Notes under the pieces: model-generated
The model's database searches: none
What the model was told of the DNA's origin: nothing
Seen by the model: only the letters and a program-made list of their open reading frames with translations
Made by a program: the position numbers and the translations under genes
NCBI GenBank assembly: GCA_043740515.1
Contig: JAYUCD010000266.1
Location: forward strand, 1-32,430
Source: Bdellovibrio sp.
GTDB taxonomy: Bacteria > Bdellovibrionota > Bdellovibrionia > Bdellovibrionales > Bdellovibrionaceae
Direction of reading: 5' to 3'
DNA: 32,430 bases
Shown: in pieces, positions 1-7,747 of the stretch
Layout of the letters: each line of letters opens with the position of its first letter
Position numbering within the stretch: position 1 is the stretch's first letter

Positions 1-746
1 TCGCGGCCGGCGGACAATTCGGCGTCGCAGTCGGCGGTTACCCCGCTGCCGGCGGATATCCCGGAGGATTTGCGGGCGGTGGATTTCAGGGTGGCGGATC
101 TCAAAGCGGAGGATATCCTGCCGGTGGTTTCCAAGGTGGCGGTTACCCGGGAGGATTCGCAGCTGGCGGCCAGGTTGGATTTGCTGGTGGAGGTTATCCT
201 GCTGGCGGATTTCAGGGTGGCGGATTTCAAGGCGGCGGTTACCCGGGAGGATTTGCGGGCGGAGGATATCAAGGCGGTGGTTACCCGGGAGGATTTGCAG
301 CTGGTGGACAAGTCGGATTGGCCGGCGGAGGATATCCGGGCGGTTACCCTGCAGCTGGAGGATTTGCTAGCGGCGGTTATCCCGGAGGATTTGCGGGCGG
401 CGGTCAGGGCGGATTTCAAGGCGGAGGATATCCCGGCGGAGGATATCAAGGCGGCGGATACGGCGGCGCGGGTCAGGCTTATGCTCGGATGCAAGAAAAT
501 GCTTACAACAATCAACGCGTTCTCTATGGGCTTCGGATTGAATTGGATGCGACTTACCAAAGATATATTCAAGCTGAGCAAATTGTTCGCTCGGGTGGAT
601 ACTTGGGATTTGGTGGCAGTTACAGTGGTGGCGTAGGTTTCGGTGGCGGCGGTCCGGTAAATGGACCTCAGCCAGCAGGATTTCAACCTGGAGTGCCGAG
701 TGTTCCTACTGGCGGAACCAATGCAACGACTCCGAGCACTCGCTAA
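1..746 (+). CDS. Glycine/tyrosine/proline-rich repeat protein, C-terminal part (5' end outside window)
   Basis: Frame 3 is open from base 3 to the TAA at 744-746. The translation is GGYPGGFAGGGFQGGG-type repeats, then a non-repetitive segment (AYARMQENAYNNQRVLYGLRIELDATYQRYIQAEQIV), then a G/P-rich tail. ORF-track entry 318-746 is only the part after an internal start. No family recognised. Confidence 0.6.
   Translation, partial: AAGGQFGVAVGGYPAAGGYPGGFAGGGFQGGGSQSGGYPAGGFQGGGYPGGFAAGGQVGFAGGGYPAGGFQGGGFQGGGYPGGFAGGGYQGGGYPGGFAAGGQVGLAGGGYPGGYPAAGGFASGGYPGGFAGGGQGGFQGGGYPGGGYQGGGYGGAGQAYARMQENAYNNQRVLYGLRIELDATYQRYIQAEQIVRSGGYLGFGGSYSGGVGFGGGGPVNGPQPAGFQPGVPSVPTGGTNATTPSTR
3..480 (+). repeat. 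Imperfect in-frame tandem coding repeats (GGYPGGF units) with a ~138-nt higher-order period
   Basis: The exact 14-mer ggttacccgggagg occurs at 141, 237 and 279. The copies at 141 and 279 are each followed by near-identical gcagctgg.gg.ca.gt.ggatt..gc stretches. The low complexity leaves other frames open, which explains the spurious ORF 70-636. Confidence 0.7.
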
Positions 747-770
747 GATTTAAATATTTAGGACAAATTG

Positions 771-804
771 AAAACCCTGAGTTAGAAAGACTTGGGGTTT
801 TTTT
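771..804 (+). terminator. Rho-independent terminator after the Gly-rich protein gene
   Basis: AAAACCC(T)GAGT - loop TAGAAAG - ACTTGGGG, followed directly by T7 (798-804). It starts 25 nt after the stop codon. Confidence 0.7.
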
Positions 805-2136
805 ATGCGCTGGATGATTCCTCGATGTTACGATAGCCACACTCATTTGATGGCCACTGGCATTTTGCAAAGTGGACTTCGATTGTTCGAACTTAATTGT
901 GCTATTGATGTCGCCAAATTAAAAATTGAGCCACAACATTTTCGTGGCAAGTGGCTGACTGGTTTTGGTTGGGATCAAAGCAAATGGCCCGATCAAAAAT
1001 TTCCTAACAAAGAAATATTAGACGCCATTTTTCCAGATTTTCCGGTTGCCCTTTCGCGAGCCGATGGACACGCAACCTGGCTGAATTCGAAAGCCCTTGC
1101 AGAGGTCGGATATCTCAATCAAACAGAATCACAGAAAGCGACTCCAGATGGCGGAGTGATTTCCCGAGATGCTTGTGGCCTACCGACCGGAATTTTTTTC
1201 GAGTCTGCCAAAATCCAAGTGGAACTGAAAATTCCTGATTATTTGCCTTCACAAAAAAAAGAATTTTTGCAATCAGCCATTCAATATTTCAATCAACGTG
1301 GATTTTCCCATTTGCGAGATATGTCGGGATCGATCGAGCAATGGAATCTTCTGCGAGACCTCGATTTGTCTCATCAACTCAGCCTTTATGTAGAAGAAAA
1401 TTTCACCTGCGAGAATCTTCAAGATTTCGAGAGAGCTCTTTCAGAGGCATGCGTGGCTCGTCAATCAGAGACTTCACATCTGAAGGCTCGAGGAATCAAA
1501 TTTTATTTCGACGGCTCTCTGGGCTCTCAAGGTGCTTTTCTTTCTCAGTTTTATCCAGGCACCGACAGTCGAGGCCTGACACTTTGGCCGCTTGAAGATG
1601 TAGCAGAAGCGATGACAAAAACTTGGAAAGAGGGATTTGAAGTTTGTGTCCATACGATTGGTGATGAGGCTGCTCATTTGATTTTGCAAACGGCGACTAA
1701 TTTGAAGCGCGAGAAAAATGTAACTGGAATTTTAAATCTTGAGCACTGCGAGGTGGTTCGTCCAGAGACGATCCAGCTGATGAAAAACCTGACCGTGGTC
1801 AGTCACATCCAGCCTTGCCACTGGTTAAGCGACCGAAGGTGGTTGAGAGAGAAGCTCGGCAATTTATGGACCTCGGCATTTCCTTGGAAATCAATTTGGG
1901 AGAGTCATATTCCAATCCAATGGGGCAGTGATTCGCCGATCGAAGAAGCTTCTGTCGCAAATAATCTCAGAGCTTTGCAAGAAAGTTCAGAAGACGGAAT
2001 TCCTGGATTTCCAGAGAATCCTCTGACCCCCCACTCGCATCGAGAAAGTGGCTGGGGAGCCGGCTGCCATTCGGTTTTTCAAAACGGGAAATTATCTCAA
2101 TTGGTATTCGATGGAAAAGTAATCCTGCAGCCGTAA
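805..2136 (+). CDS. Metal-dependent amidohydrolase, YtcJ-like (amidohydrolase-3 type)
   Basis: 443-aa ORF. It has an N-terminal DSHTHL (HxH metal motif), FGWDQSKWP, ALSRADGHATWLNS, HTIGDEA and a C-terminal WGSDSPIE, the pattern of TIM-barrel amidohydrolases of the YtcJ type. The ATG at 805 directly abuts the terminator T-run and has no obvious SD. Confidence 0.75.
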   Translation: MRWMIPRCYDSHTHLMATGILQSGLRLFELNCAIDVAKLKIEPQHFRGKWLTGFGWDQSKWPDQKFPNKEILDAIFPDFPVALSRADGHATWLNSKALAEVGYLNQTESQKATPDGGVISRDACGLPTGIFFESAKIQVELKIPDYLPSQKKEFLQSAIQYFNQRGFSHLRDMSGSIEQWNLLRDLDLSHQLSLYVEENFTCENLQDFERALSEACVARQSETSHLKARGIKFYFDGSLGSQGAFLSQFYPGTDSRGLTLWPLEDVAEAMTKTWKEGFEVCVHTIGDEAAHLILQTATNLKREKNVTGILNLEHCEVVRPETIQLMKNLTVVSHIQPCHWLSDRRWLREKLGNLWTSAFPWKSIWESHIPIQWGSDSPIEEASVANNLRALQESSEDGIPGFPENPLTPHSHRESGWGAGCHSVFQNGKLSQLVFDGKVILQP

Positions 2137-2150
2137 ATATCACATCCATC

Positions 2151-3098
2151 CTACTGAATCGAAACCTGTTTTCCTCGCAGACCGTAGGCGATTCCCGCAG
2201 CCAAACCGGCTAATGCGGGAAGCAGCCAACTGCGGGATCTAATTGTAGGATTATCGGAGGGAGTCGTTGGCAGTGCTCCCAAGTGAGATTCTGAAATATT
2301 TCCTTTTGCCACAGTGCCAAACTGAGTGATGCATTTTGAGCTCGAGAAAATTTCCAACTGTAGTATTCCGTAGGTCTTAAATTCGACTTCAGTGAGTGAA
2401 CTGCAGTCGCCATCAATCAAAGGTTTCAAATGAATCAGCGATTCGGATGCAAATTGTGTGAAGCTGCCCAGCCTCATCAGAGGCTCATGAGTATTGCTGA
2501 CCAACGTCCATTGGTAAATTCCTTGGGGCGCAACCCACTTTTCAAGATGTGAAATCTTTTTGCCATTGATTAAGATCGAAATTTCTTCCATTGGAAATTT
2601 CTGAACCACTGATCTCTTCCAGGCCTTCAGTTCGAGTGCTTGGACATTTGACGGCTCCATTTTTTTCGTCTCAACAATTGAATGAAAGACCTTTGCTAAA
2701 TCGGGGTGAGTCCAGAGCAAACCCTTTTGCAATTGTCGATAAAAATTTTGTCGTGGACCTGGCAGCTTTTCAAGTTTTGAAAGAAATGAAAAGAGAACCT
2801 CTCGACGAAATGAATTCAGTGGTTTTGAGGTCAATGATTTGATCGCTTGAAAACAAGTCTCTGTTTTGTTTTTCCCCAAATAGACGTCCTCCAGACAATT
2901 TTCGACAGATTCAGATTCGACATCAGTCACGCTGGCGATCTGGATATAGGCTTGAGAAAAACTGATCTTTTTCGATTCAGCGAGATATTTTTGGAAATCA
3001 GAATAAGAGCTGGTCGGCGTTCTCTGCACGGCAAAGGTCGCGGAAGCTTTACTGCCGAGAAGGCTAACTATGAGATTAGAAACAATAAAGAGCTTCAT
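2151..3098 (-). CDS. Hypothetical exported protein with C-terminal membrane anchor
   Basis: 315-aa ORF. It has an N-terminal signal-like segment (MKLFIVSNLIVSLLGSKASA) and a C-terminal hydrophobic helix plus basic tail (WLLPALAGLAAGIAYGLRGKQ). It lies 21 nt downstream of the CpaB-like gene on the same strand. No family recognised. Confidence 0.55.
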   Translation of the reverse strand: MKLFIVSNLIVSLLGSKASATFAVQRTPTSSYSDFQKYLAESKKISFSQAYIQIASVTDVESESVENCLEDVYLGKNKTETCFQAIKSLTSKPLNSFRREVLFSFLSKLEKLPGPRQNFYRQLQKGLLWTHPDLAKVFHSIVETKKMEPSNVQALELKAWKRSVVQKFPMEEISILINGKKISHLEKWVAPQGIYQWTLVSNTHEPLMRLGSFTQFASESLIHLKPLIDGDCSSLTEVEFKTYGILQLEIFSSSKCITQFGTVAKGNISESHLGALPTTPSDNPTIRSRSWLLPALAGLAAGIAYGLRGKQVSIQ

Positions 3099-3119
3099 CT
3101 GATTTCTCCTTTTGCCGGA

Positions 3120-3614
3120 TTATTTTTCTTCAAAGTATTCGATTCGAGATTTTTTTGAGTGCTTGGCTATTTCCGAATCTTTCGTCATGTTCGGGTTCTG
3201 AATAGCGACCCAGAAGGCACCGGCATTTTGCAAAAGGCTTGAAACCTCGGCCTCGGGCACTAGAACGGCAAATTGCTGAGGATTCAGAGGAGCTCGAAGC
3301 ATCTTCAGTCTTCTGCCGACTGGTTGTGAGTGGGGCCCCCTAAACAGATCAACCACAGCGAAATCGCCAATCAAGGAACTGAATGATTCTGAATTTTGAA
3401 TTTCAATCGGCACCAAAACAAAACCTTCTGGAATGTAAGTATCCGCCGAAGAAGGTGAAACAACAGTTGGCTCAGTGGAGGAGTGAAGCTTTACAAATCC
3501 AATAATCACGAGCATTGCAGCCATAGCAATCAGAAGAATTCGATTTTGCGGCTTTCGCAGCCAAAGGACAGAATATTCGCGAGCAAATTTAAGACGAGAA
3601 ATCATGCTGGGCAT
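3120..3614 (-). CDS. Short CpaB/RcpC-like Flp pilus assembly protein (no SAF domain)
   Basis: 164-aa ORF with an N-terminal TM helix (ILLIAMAAMLVIIGFV). The following pattern is IPEGFVLVPIEI...IGDFAVVDLF...LKMLRAP...FAVLVPEAEVSSLLQNAGAFWVAIQNP. This resembles the C-terminal CpaB/RcpC beta-clip pattern (IPxG..V.I....GD.VD....V.VL.....VTL.V.P..A..L..A...G.L.LALR). Assigned by eye only. Confidence 0.45.
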   Translation of the reverse strand: MPSMISRLKFAREYSVLWLRKPQNRILLIAMAAMLVIIGFVKLHSSTEPTVVSPSSADTYIPEGFVLVPIEIQNSESFSSLIGDFAVVDLFRGPHSQPVGRRLKMLRAPLNPQQFAVLVPEAEVSSLLQNAGAFWVAIQNPNMTKDSEIAKHSKKSRIEYFEEK

Positions 3615-3867
3615 TGGTGCCTCCCCGGAAATGGAATTTTTTAATTTGCTTTTGATGATCCTGCTGTCGATACAACAAAAAGGTGAACAGTGAAAAAAGC
3701 ATTAAGAAGAGGACAAGCGTTTCTACAAGGACTTGGCCTGCATCAAGACGGGAAGAAAAGTCACTCCTGATTCTTTCAGACTGGCTGAGCAGTAATCTTT
3801 TTTTTGATGCTTTTGAAGAATCCAAATTGCGCTCCGGGAACCTGAAGTTTGAAAGTCTGATATCCAA
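3589..3867 (-). CDS. Small Flp/TadE-like prepilin-type ORF (start uncertain)
   Basis: It contains a class-III prepilin-like site, AG/QVLVE, followed by a hydrophobic helix (TLVLFLMLFSLFTFLLY). The only canonical in-frame start is the TTG at 3867, 145 nt inside the upstream gene and in a different frame. Confidence 0.35.
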   Translation of the reverse strand: MDIRLSNFRFPERNLDSSKASKKRLLLSQSERIRSDFSSRLDAGQVLVETLVLFLMLFSLFTFLLYRQQDHQKQIKKFHFRGGTNAQHDFSS

Positions 3868-4502
3868 GAAACAGACAAAGCCTGACTGTCTTCAAAGTGC
3901 TGTTTCAGTTCGTAGACGGGAGCAAGCTCCGGAATATCCGGTTTGACGGCGAGAAAAGTAGGATTCGATTGAAGATGATGTATTCGATAATTAAAAAAAT
4001 CAGGTAAGCGGGACTGCAAATTTTGATTTTGACTTTTCAACTGAGAAAGAACTTTCTGAATTCCGAAAGTCATCGAAATATCCGCTCGATAGATCAATGC
4101 TTTCTGCTCAAGATCTAGGGTCCGCTGCTGCATTTGAATCTGAAGAATGCGAGCTTGAGCTTCGGCTGCCATTCCTGGATTATCCGAGGCAATTGCCATG
4201 GCAAGTTGCGCCCTCGCCTGAACAAGCGCCAATCGAAGTTTGCCTGCCAGGGGATTGAGTTTCATCAGCTCGGACAGGTTCTGGCTAGCTTTTTTTTGAG
4301 TGGCAAGAAGCTCCTGTCGACAAATGTGAAGCGACTGCATCCAGTTTTGAGTCAGATACTGCGAAAACAAGAGAAACAATCCGGCACTGAGCAAAATAGG
4401 AATCAAAGATAAAAGATAGACCAAAGCAAAGCCCGCTTCACTTCCGATGGCGTTTAGTCTCAAGTTTAGAGAGGTAGAGCCACTCGATCTTCGTGCTTCC
4501 AA
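3723..4502 (-). CDS. TadG/TadE-N-like membrane protein with coiled-coil region (pilus-associated, start uncertain)
   Basis: The ORF is open from 4643. The N-terminal segment IGSEAGFALVYLLSLIPILLSAGLFLL resembles the Tad N-terminal (TadE/G-like) hydrophobic domain. All ATG starts (4643, 4592, 4580) lie deep inside the upstream TadE-like gene. TTG at 4502 or TTG at 4463 (2 nt after the upstream stop) are more plausible starts. Confidence 0.5.
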   Translation of the reverse strand: MEARRSSGSTSLNLRLNAIGSEAGFALVYLLSLIPILLSAGLFLLFSQYLTQNWMQSLHICRQELLATQKKASQNLSELMKLNPLAGKLRLALVQARAQLAMAIASDNPGMAAEAQARILQIQMQQRTLDLEQKALIYRADISMTFGIQKVLSQLKSQNQNLQSRLPDFFNYRIHHLQSNPTFLAVKPDIPELAPVYELKQHFEDSQALSVSWISDFQTSGSRSAIWILQKHQKKDYCSASLKESGVTFLPVLMQAKSL

Positions 4503-4831
4503 TGAAGGCTGGTGAGGGACAAAATTGGAAAACTGAGCTGCAAACTGACGGCCTGCTCTGCAGAGCTTCCGTGGATCCATAAAGAATCGCATTTTCCAAA
4601 ACGCAAAAAAGTTTTTAATTGTTTTCTGAATTGTGATTCGCATGTAAGTGGATCCTTAAACTCTCGGCAGACCAGTAGTTCATGTGAGCTGTAGCGCAAA
4701 CAGGTTGAGAGAATGCAAAAGTAGAAAAATGCGAGCAGCATAACAGTCGTTGAGAGCAAGGCCATCGCTCCTACAAGCGATTCCACAGTCGCTTGTCCGC
4801 TTTGCCAGGAACTGAATTTAGTTGCCTTCAT
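4466..4831 (-). CDS. TadE-like pseudopilin
   Basis: From the ATG at 4831 the protein reads MKATKFSSWQSG/QATVESLVGAMALLSTTVMLLAFF. That is a short basic leader, a G/xxxxE prepilin-peptidase-type site and a hydrophobic helix. It overlaps the flp stop by 14 nt. The ORF-track start at 4870 is a TTG. Confidence 0.55.
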   Translation of the reverse strand: MKATKFSSWQSGQATVESLVGAMALLSTTVMLLAFFYFCILSTCLRYSSHELLVCREFKDPLTCESQFRKQLKTFLRFGKCDSLWIHGSSAEQAVSLQLSFPILSLTSLHWKHEDRVALPL

Positions 4832-5120
4832 CGCTATTGGATTTCTTAGAATTAACAGCACCTTTGGCAAAATCCTTCATGTCTCGGGTTCGAGTCATGG
4901 TTGAGCTCACAGCCGCCGCTCCGGCCCCACTGTCGACATGGCCACCAAGCGCTTCGACGACCTTTGCGAATCGATAGTTGATATTTTGTGATACAACCCG
5001 CATGAGGGCAATCGAGCCGACTCCCACCAAAGCGATGATGATGAGGTATTCAATCAAGGTCTGTCCCTTGGAGTTGCGGACGGGATTCTTAGATGAAATG
5101 TGGAATGGTTTGGAATTCAT
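4818..5120 (-). CDS. flp: Flp family type IVb pilin (long C-terminal tail)
   Basis: The ATG at 5120 is preceded by AGGAGG (5130-5125). The protein reads MNSKPFHISSKNPVRNSKG/QTLIEYLIIIALVGVGSIAL, matching the Flp G/XXXXEY processing motif plus a hydrophobic helix. The mature part is about 81 aa, longer than typical Flp pilins. Confidence 0.75.
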   Translation of the reverse strand: MNSKPFHISSKNPVRNSKGQTLIEYLIIIALVGVGSIALMRVVSQNINYRFAKVVEALGGHVDSGAGAAAVSSTMTRTRDMKDFAKGAVNSKKSNSDEGN

Positions 5121-5227
5121 AAAGCCTCCTGCAATCCATGGATGCAAGCAATGAAGCGGCTTCAGATTTCTTGAGAGCGGTATTGAGTTCCGCCCTTCGG
5201 ATACTCTTAGTTGAGATTAACGTAAGG

Positions 5228-5725
5228 CTATTTCTTTTTACTTTTTTTTGCAGGAGCTTTGGCGCTCGGTTTTGCTTTTGCGGCTGGTTTGGCACTGGCT
5301 TTTTTAGTCGGAGCCGCAGCTTTCGCAGCAGGTTTTGCCGAAGCCTTCACAGTTGCCTTAGCTGGAGCTGCTTTCGCCGAGCTTTTTGCAGCGACTGGAG
5401 CTGGTGCTTTGACTGCTGCTACTTTTGGAGCCAAAGTTTTTGGGGTCACAACTTTAGGAGCCGGTGCAGGCTTTGCGGCCTTTGCAGCTTCTTTGTCTTT
5501 GGCTTTGATAGCTGCTTTCTCTGCCGTTTTCTTGGCTTTGCGAGCGACGATGATTCGGTCTAAAATTTCGTAAGCTTCTTTTTGCAAATCGTTTTCAAAA
5601 ATAAAACGATAAAAACCTTCAATTTCGGGACTTTGGCGAAATTTTTTCATCGACGTCGGGAGGCTATCGGATTGGACGAAATCGATCGAGCTTCCGTCTT
5701 TAGAAAGTTTCACTTTTTCTGACAT
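5228..5725 (-). CDS. Histone H1-like lysine/alanine/proline-repeat protein
   Basis: The ATG at 5725 is preceded by GGGAGG (5736-5731). A roughly 70-aa N-terminal globular part (..FRQSPEIEGFYRFIFENDLQKEAYEILDRII) is followed by about 95 aa of AKP/AAK repeats ending KKSKKK. The antisense ORFs 5138-5563 and 5259-5573 are low-complexity artefacts. Confidence 0.7.
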   Translation of the reverse strand: MSEKVKLSKDGSSIDFVQSDSLPTSMKKFRQSPEIEGFYRFIFENDLQKEAYEILDRIIVARKAKKTAEKAAIKAKDKEAAKAAKPAPAPKVVTPKTLAPKVAAVKAPAPVAAKSSAKAAPAKATVKASAKPAAKAAAPTKKASAKPAAKAKPSAKAPAKKSKKK

Positions 5726-5837
5726 AGGGCCTCCCGTGAGTAGATAACAGTGGCCGACCTTAATGCAGGACGCCTGATGGGTCAAGCAACAGACTCAAGA
5801 ATTGAATTTAACAGCGAAATTTGGGAAGGTGATGGAC

Positions 5838-6707
5838 ATGATTATTCTAGATGGCAAGCAGGTATCTCAGGCTCGCAGGGAGGCTCTCAAAGCGAGAGTC
5901 ACTGCCTTTCAAACAAAAGCCGGACGAAAACCGCACCTGGTGGTGGTTCTCATCGGTCAGAATCTCGCAAGCCAAGTTTATGTTCGCAACAAAGTGAAGG
6001 CTTGCGAATCGGTCGGCATCGAGTCGACTCAGATCAATTTGCCTGAAGCTCTCACTCAAATCGCGCTTGAAGAGACGGTACGAAAGCTTGTGGAGAATCC
6101 TAGGATTGATGGAATTTTGGTGCAGTTGCCTTTGCCGAAGGGACTTCGCGAGGAGCCAATTTTATCGATTTTGGATCCCTTGAAAGATGTGGATGGGTTT
6201 ACTTACGAAGCGCTGGGACACCTGTGGGCAGGACATCCCTTTGTCGCTCCTTGCACTCCGGCCGGAGTGATGTCGATTCTGGAATTTTACAAAATCAATC
6301 CTTCGGGTATGAAAGCCGTGGTTGTCGGACGAAGCAATATTGTTGGCAAGCCAATGGCTCATCTTTTGACGATGGCTGATGCCACTGTGACTTTGTGCCA
6401 TTCGAAAACGAAAGATTTATCGAGCTATACAAAACTTGCTGATCTGGTGGTGGTTGCAGCTGGGCGCAAACACATGCTCGGCAAAGATGATTTCAAGAAA
6501 GATGCAATTGTTATCGATGTCGGGATGCACGGGAGCGGCGAAGGCGGTGGCGTCACCGGCGATGTGCGCTTTGACGAGTTGGAAGGTTGGGCGAAAGCAG
6601 CAACTCCTGTTCCAGGTGGAGTGGGCCCGATGACCATTACGACCTTACTTGAGAACACGGTGACCCTTGCTGAGAAAAGATTTGCCATGTCTGGAGTGCG
6701 CACGTGA
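5838..6707 (+). CDS. folD: Bifunctional methylenetetrahydrofolate dehydrogenase / methenyl-THF cyclohydrolase
   Basis: MIILDGKQVSQ.. N-terminus, VYVRNKVKACE, DGILVQLPLP, VVVGRSNIVGKPMA, PVPGGVGPMT. GGAAGG at 5824-5829 favours the ATG at 5838 over the ORF-track start at 5802. Confidence 0.9.
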   Translation: MIILDGKQVSQARREALKARVTAFQTKAGRKPHLVVVLIGQNLASQVYVRNKVKACESVGIESTQINLPEALTQIALEETVRKLVENPRIDGILVQLPLPKGLREEPILSILDPLKDVDGFTYEALGHLWAGHPFVAPCTPAGVMSILEFYKINPSGMKAVVVGRSNIVGKPMAHLLTMADATVTLCHSKTKDLSSYTKLADLVVVAAGRKHMLGKDDFKKDAIVIDVGMHGSGEGGGVTGDVRFDELEGWAKAATPVPGGVGPMTITTLLENTVTLAEKRFAMSGVRT

Positions 6708-7747
6708 GTACTCAACTTTTTTTGCGCAATGTTTGGTATTATGCTCTTCCGACTCAGCACTTGAAAGCAAGTCAACTAAAGCCACTTGAAATTTTGGGTG
6801 AGCCGATTGTGTTTTTTCGCCAGAAAGATGGCAAGGTCGCGGCTGTTCGAAATATCTGTCCACACCGAGGGATTCCACTCAGTTATGGCCAAGTGGTCGG
6901 CGACACGGTCGAATGTCCTTATCACGGTTGGAAGTTCAACGGCGCCGGAGTCTGCACTGAAATTCCCTCGCTCTGTTCAGGCCAAGATCTGGATTGCTCC
7001 AAGATAAAAATAAAAAGTTATTTGGTTGAAGAGAAGCAGGGAAATATCTGGATTTTTATGGGCGACAAAGATTTCGATCTGAAATTCGCGCCTCCCATTC
7101 CTACAATGAAAAATTTCGTGGGTGATAAGTTGCCAAATTTTATTGAGGTCACTTCGTTTCCTTGTCACTTGGATCATGCGGTGATTGGATTGATGGATCC
7201 GGCGCACGGGCCTTTCGTGCACAAATCCTGGTTTTGGCGCTCGAAAAAATCAATTCATGAAAAGAAAAAACAATTCGGCCCTGTGGATTTTGGTTTTCGA
7301 ATGATTCGCCATCAGCCTTCCAAAAATTCTCGTGCTTACAAAATTTTAGGCGGAGAGCCAACGACTGAAATTACTTTCACTCTTCCCTCTGTGCGAATTG
7401 AGCATGTGCAGGTGGGCTTGAAATCTTTTTATGCTTTTACAGCGCTGACTCCGGTGAATGACAAAGAAACCCGAGTCCATCAATTGGCCTATTGGGATAT
7501 TTCCTGGCTGACATTGGCGAAGCCTTTCGTTCGTTGGTTCACCAAAGTTTTTCTCTATCAAGATCAAGATGCAGTGACAAAACAGCAAGAAGGTTTGCGC
7601 TTTGATCCCAGCTTGATGCTGATCAAAGACGCGGACACTCAAGCGAAGTGGTATTACGCTCTCAAGGCCGAGTGGGAAATCAGTCGCAAAGAAGCGCGAG
7701 ACTTTCAAAATCCTGTGAAGGAAACCGAGCTTCGATGGCGAAGCTGA
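6704..7747 (+). CDS. Rieske [2Fe-2S] non-haem iron oxygenase, PaO/Tic55-like
   Basis: The Rieske motif is CPHRGIPLSYG..x..CPYHGWKF. The downstream mononuclear-iron-like region is CHLDHAVIGLMDPAHGPFVH. The GTG start forms a GTGA overlap with the folD stop (6704-6707). Confidence 0.85.
   Translation: MSTQLFLRNVWYYALPTQHLKASQLKPLEILGEPIVFFRQKDGKVAAVRNICPHRGIPLSYGQVVGDTVECPYHGWKFNGAGVCTEIPSLCSGQDLDCSKIKIKSYLVEEKQGNIWIFMGDKDFDLKFAPPIPTMKNFVGDKLPNFIEVTSFPCHLDHAVIGLMDPAHGPFVHKSWFWRSKKSIHEKKKQFGPVDFGFRMIRHQPSKNSRAYKILGGEPTTEITFTLPSVRIEHVQVGLKSFYAFTALTPVNDKETRVHQLAYWDISWLTLAKPFVRWFTKVFLYQDQDAVTKQQEGLRFDPSLMLIKDADTQAKWYYALKAEWEISRKEARDFQNPVKETELRWRS

Noticed and set aside
70-636. 188-aa ORF in another frame of the Gly-rich repeat region
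   Set aside because: It is an artefact of low-complexity GC-rich repeats that keep several frames open. The frame-3 product runs continuously to the window edge and ends at a terminator, so it is the more coherent gene.
5121-5160. TTGCTTGCA upstream of flp as a possible sigma-54 -12 element
   Set aside because: There is no GG dinucleotide at the required -24 spacing.
5138-5573. Plus-strand ORFs (141 aa and 104 aa) antisense to the H1-like gene
   Set aside because: They are mirror images of the AKP repeat (Ala/Phe/Gly-rich nonsense) with no SD. The minus-strand gene has a strong SD and a non-repetitive N-terminal domain.
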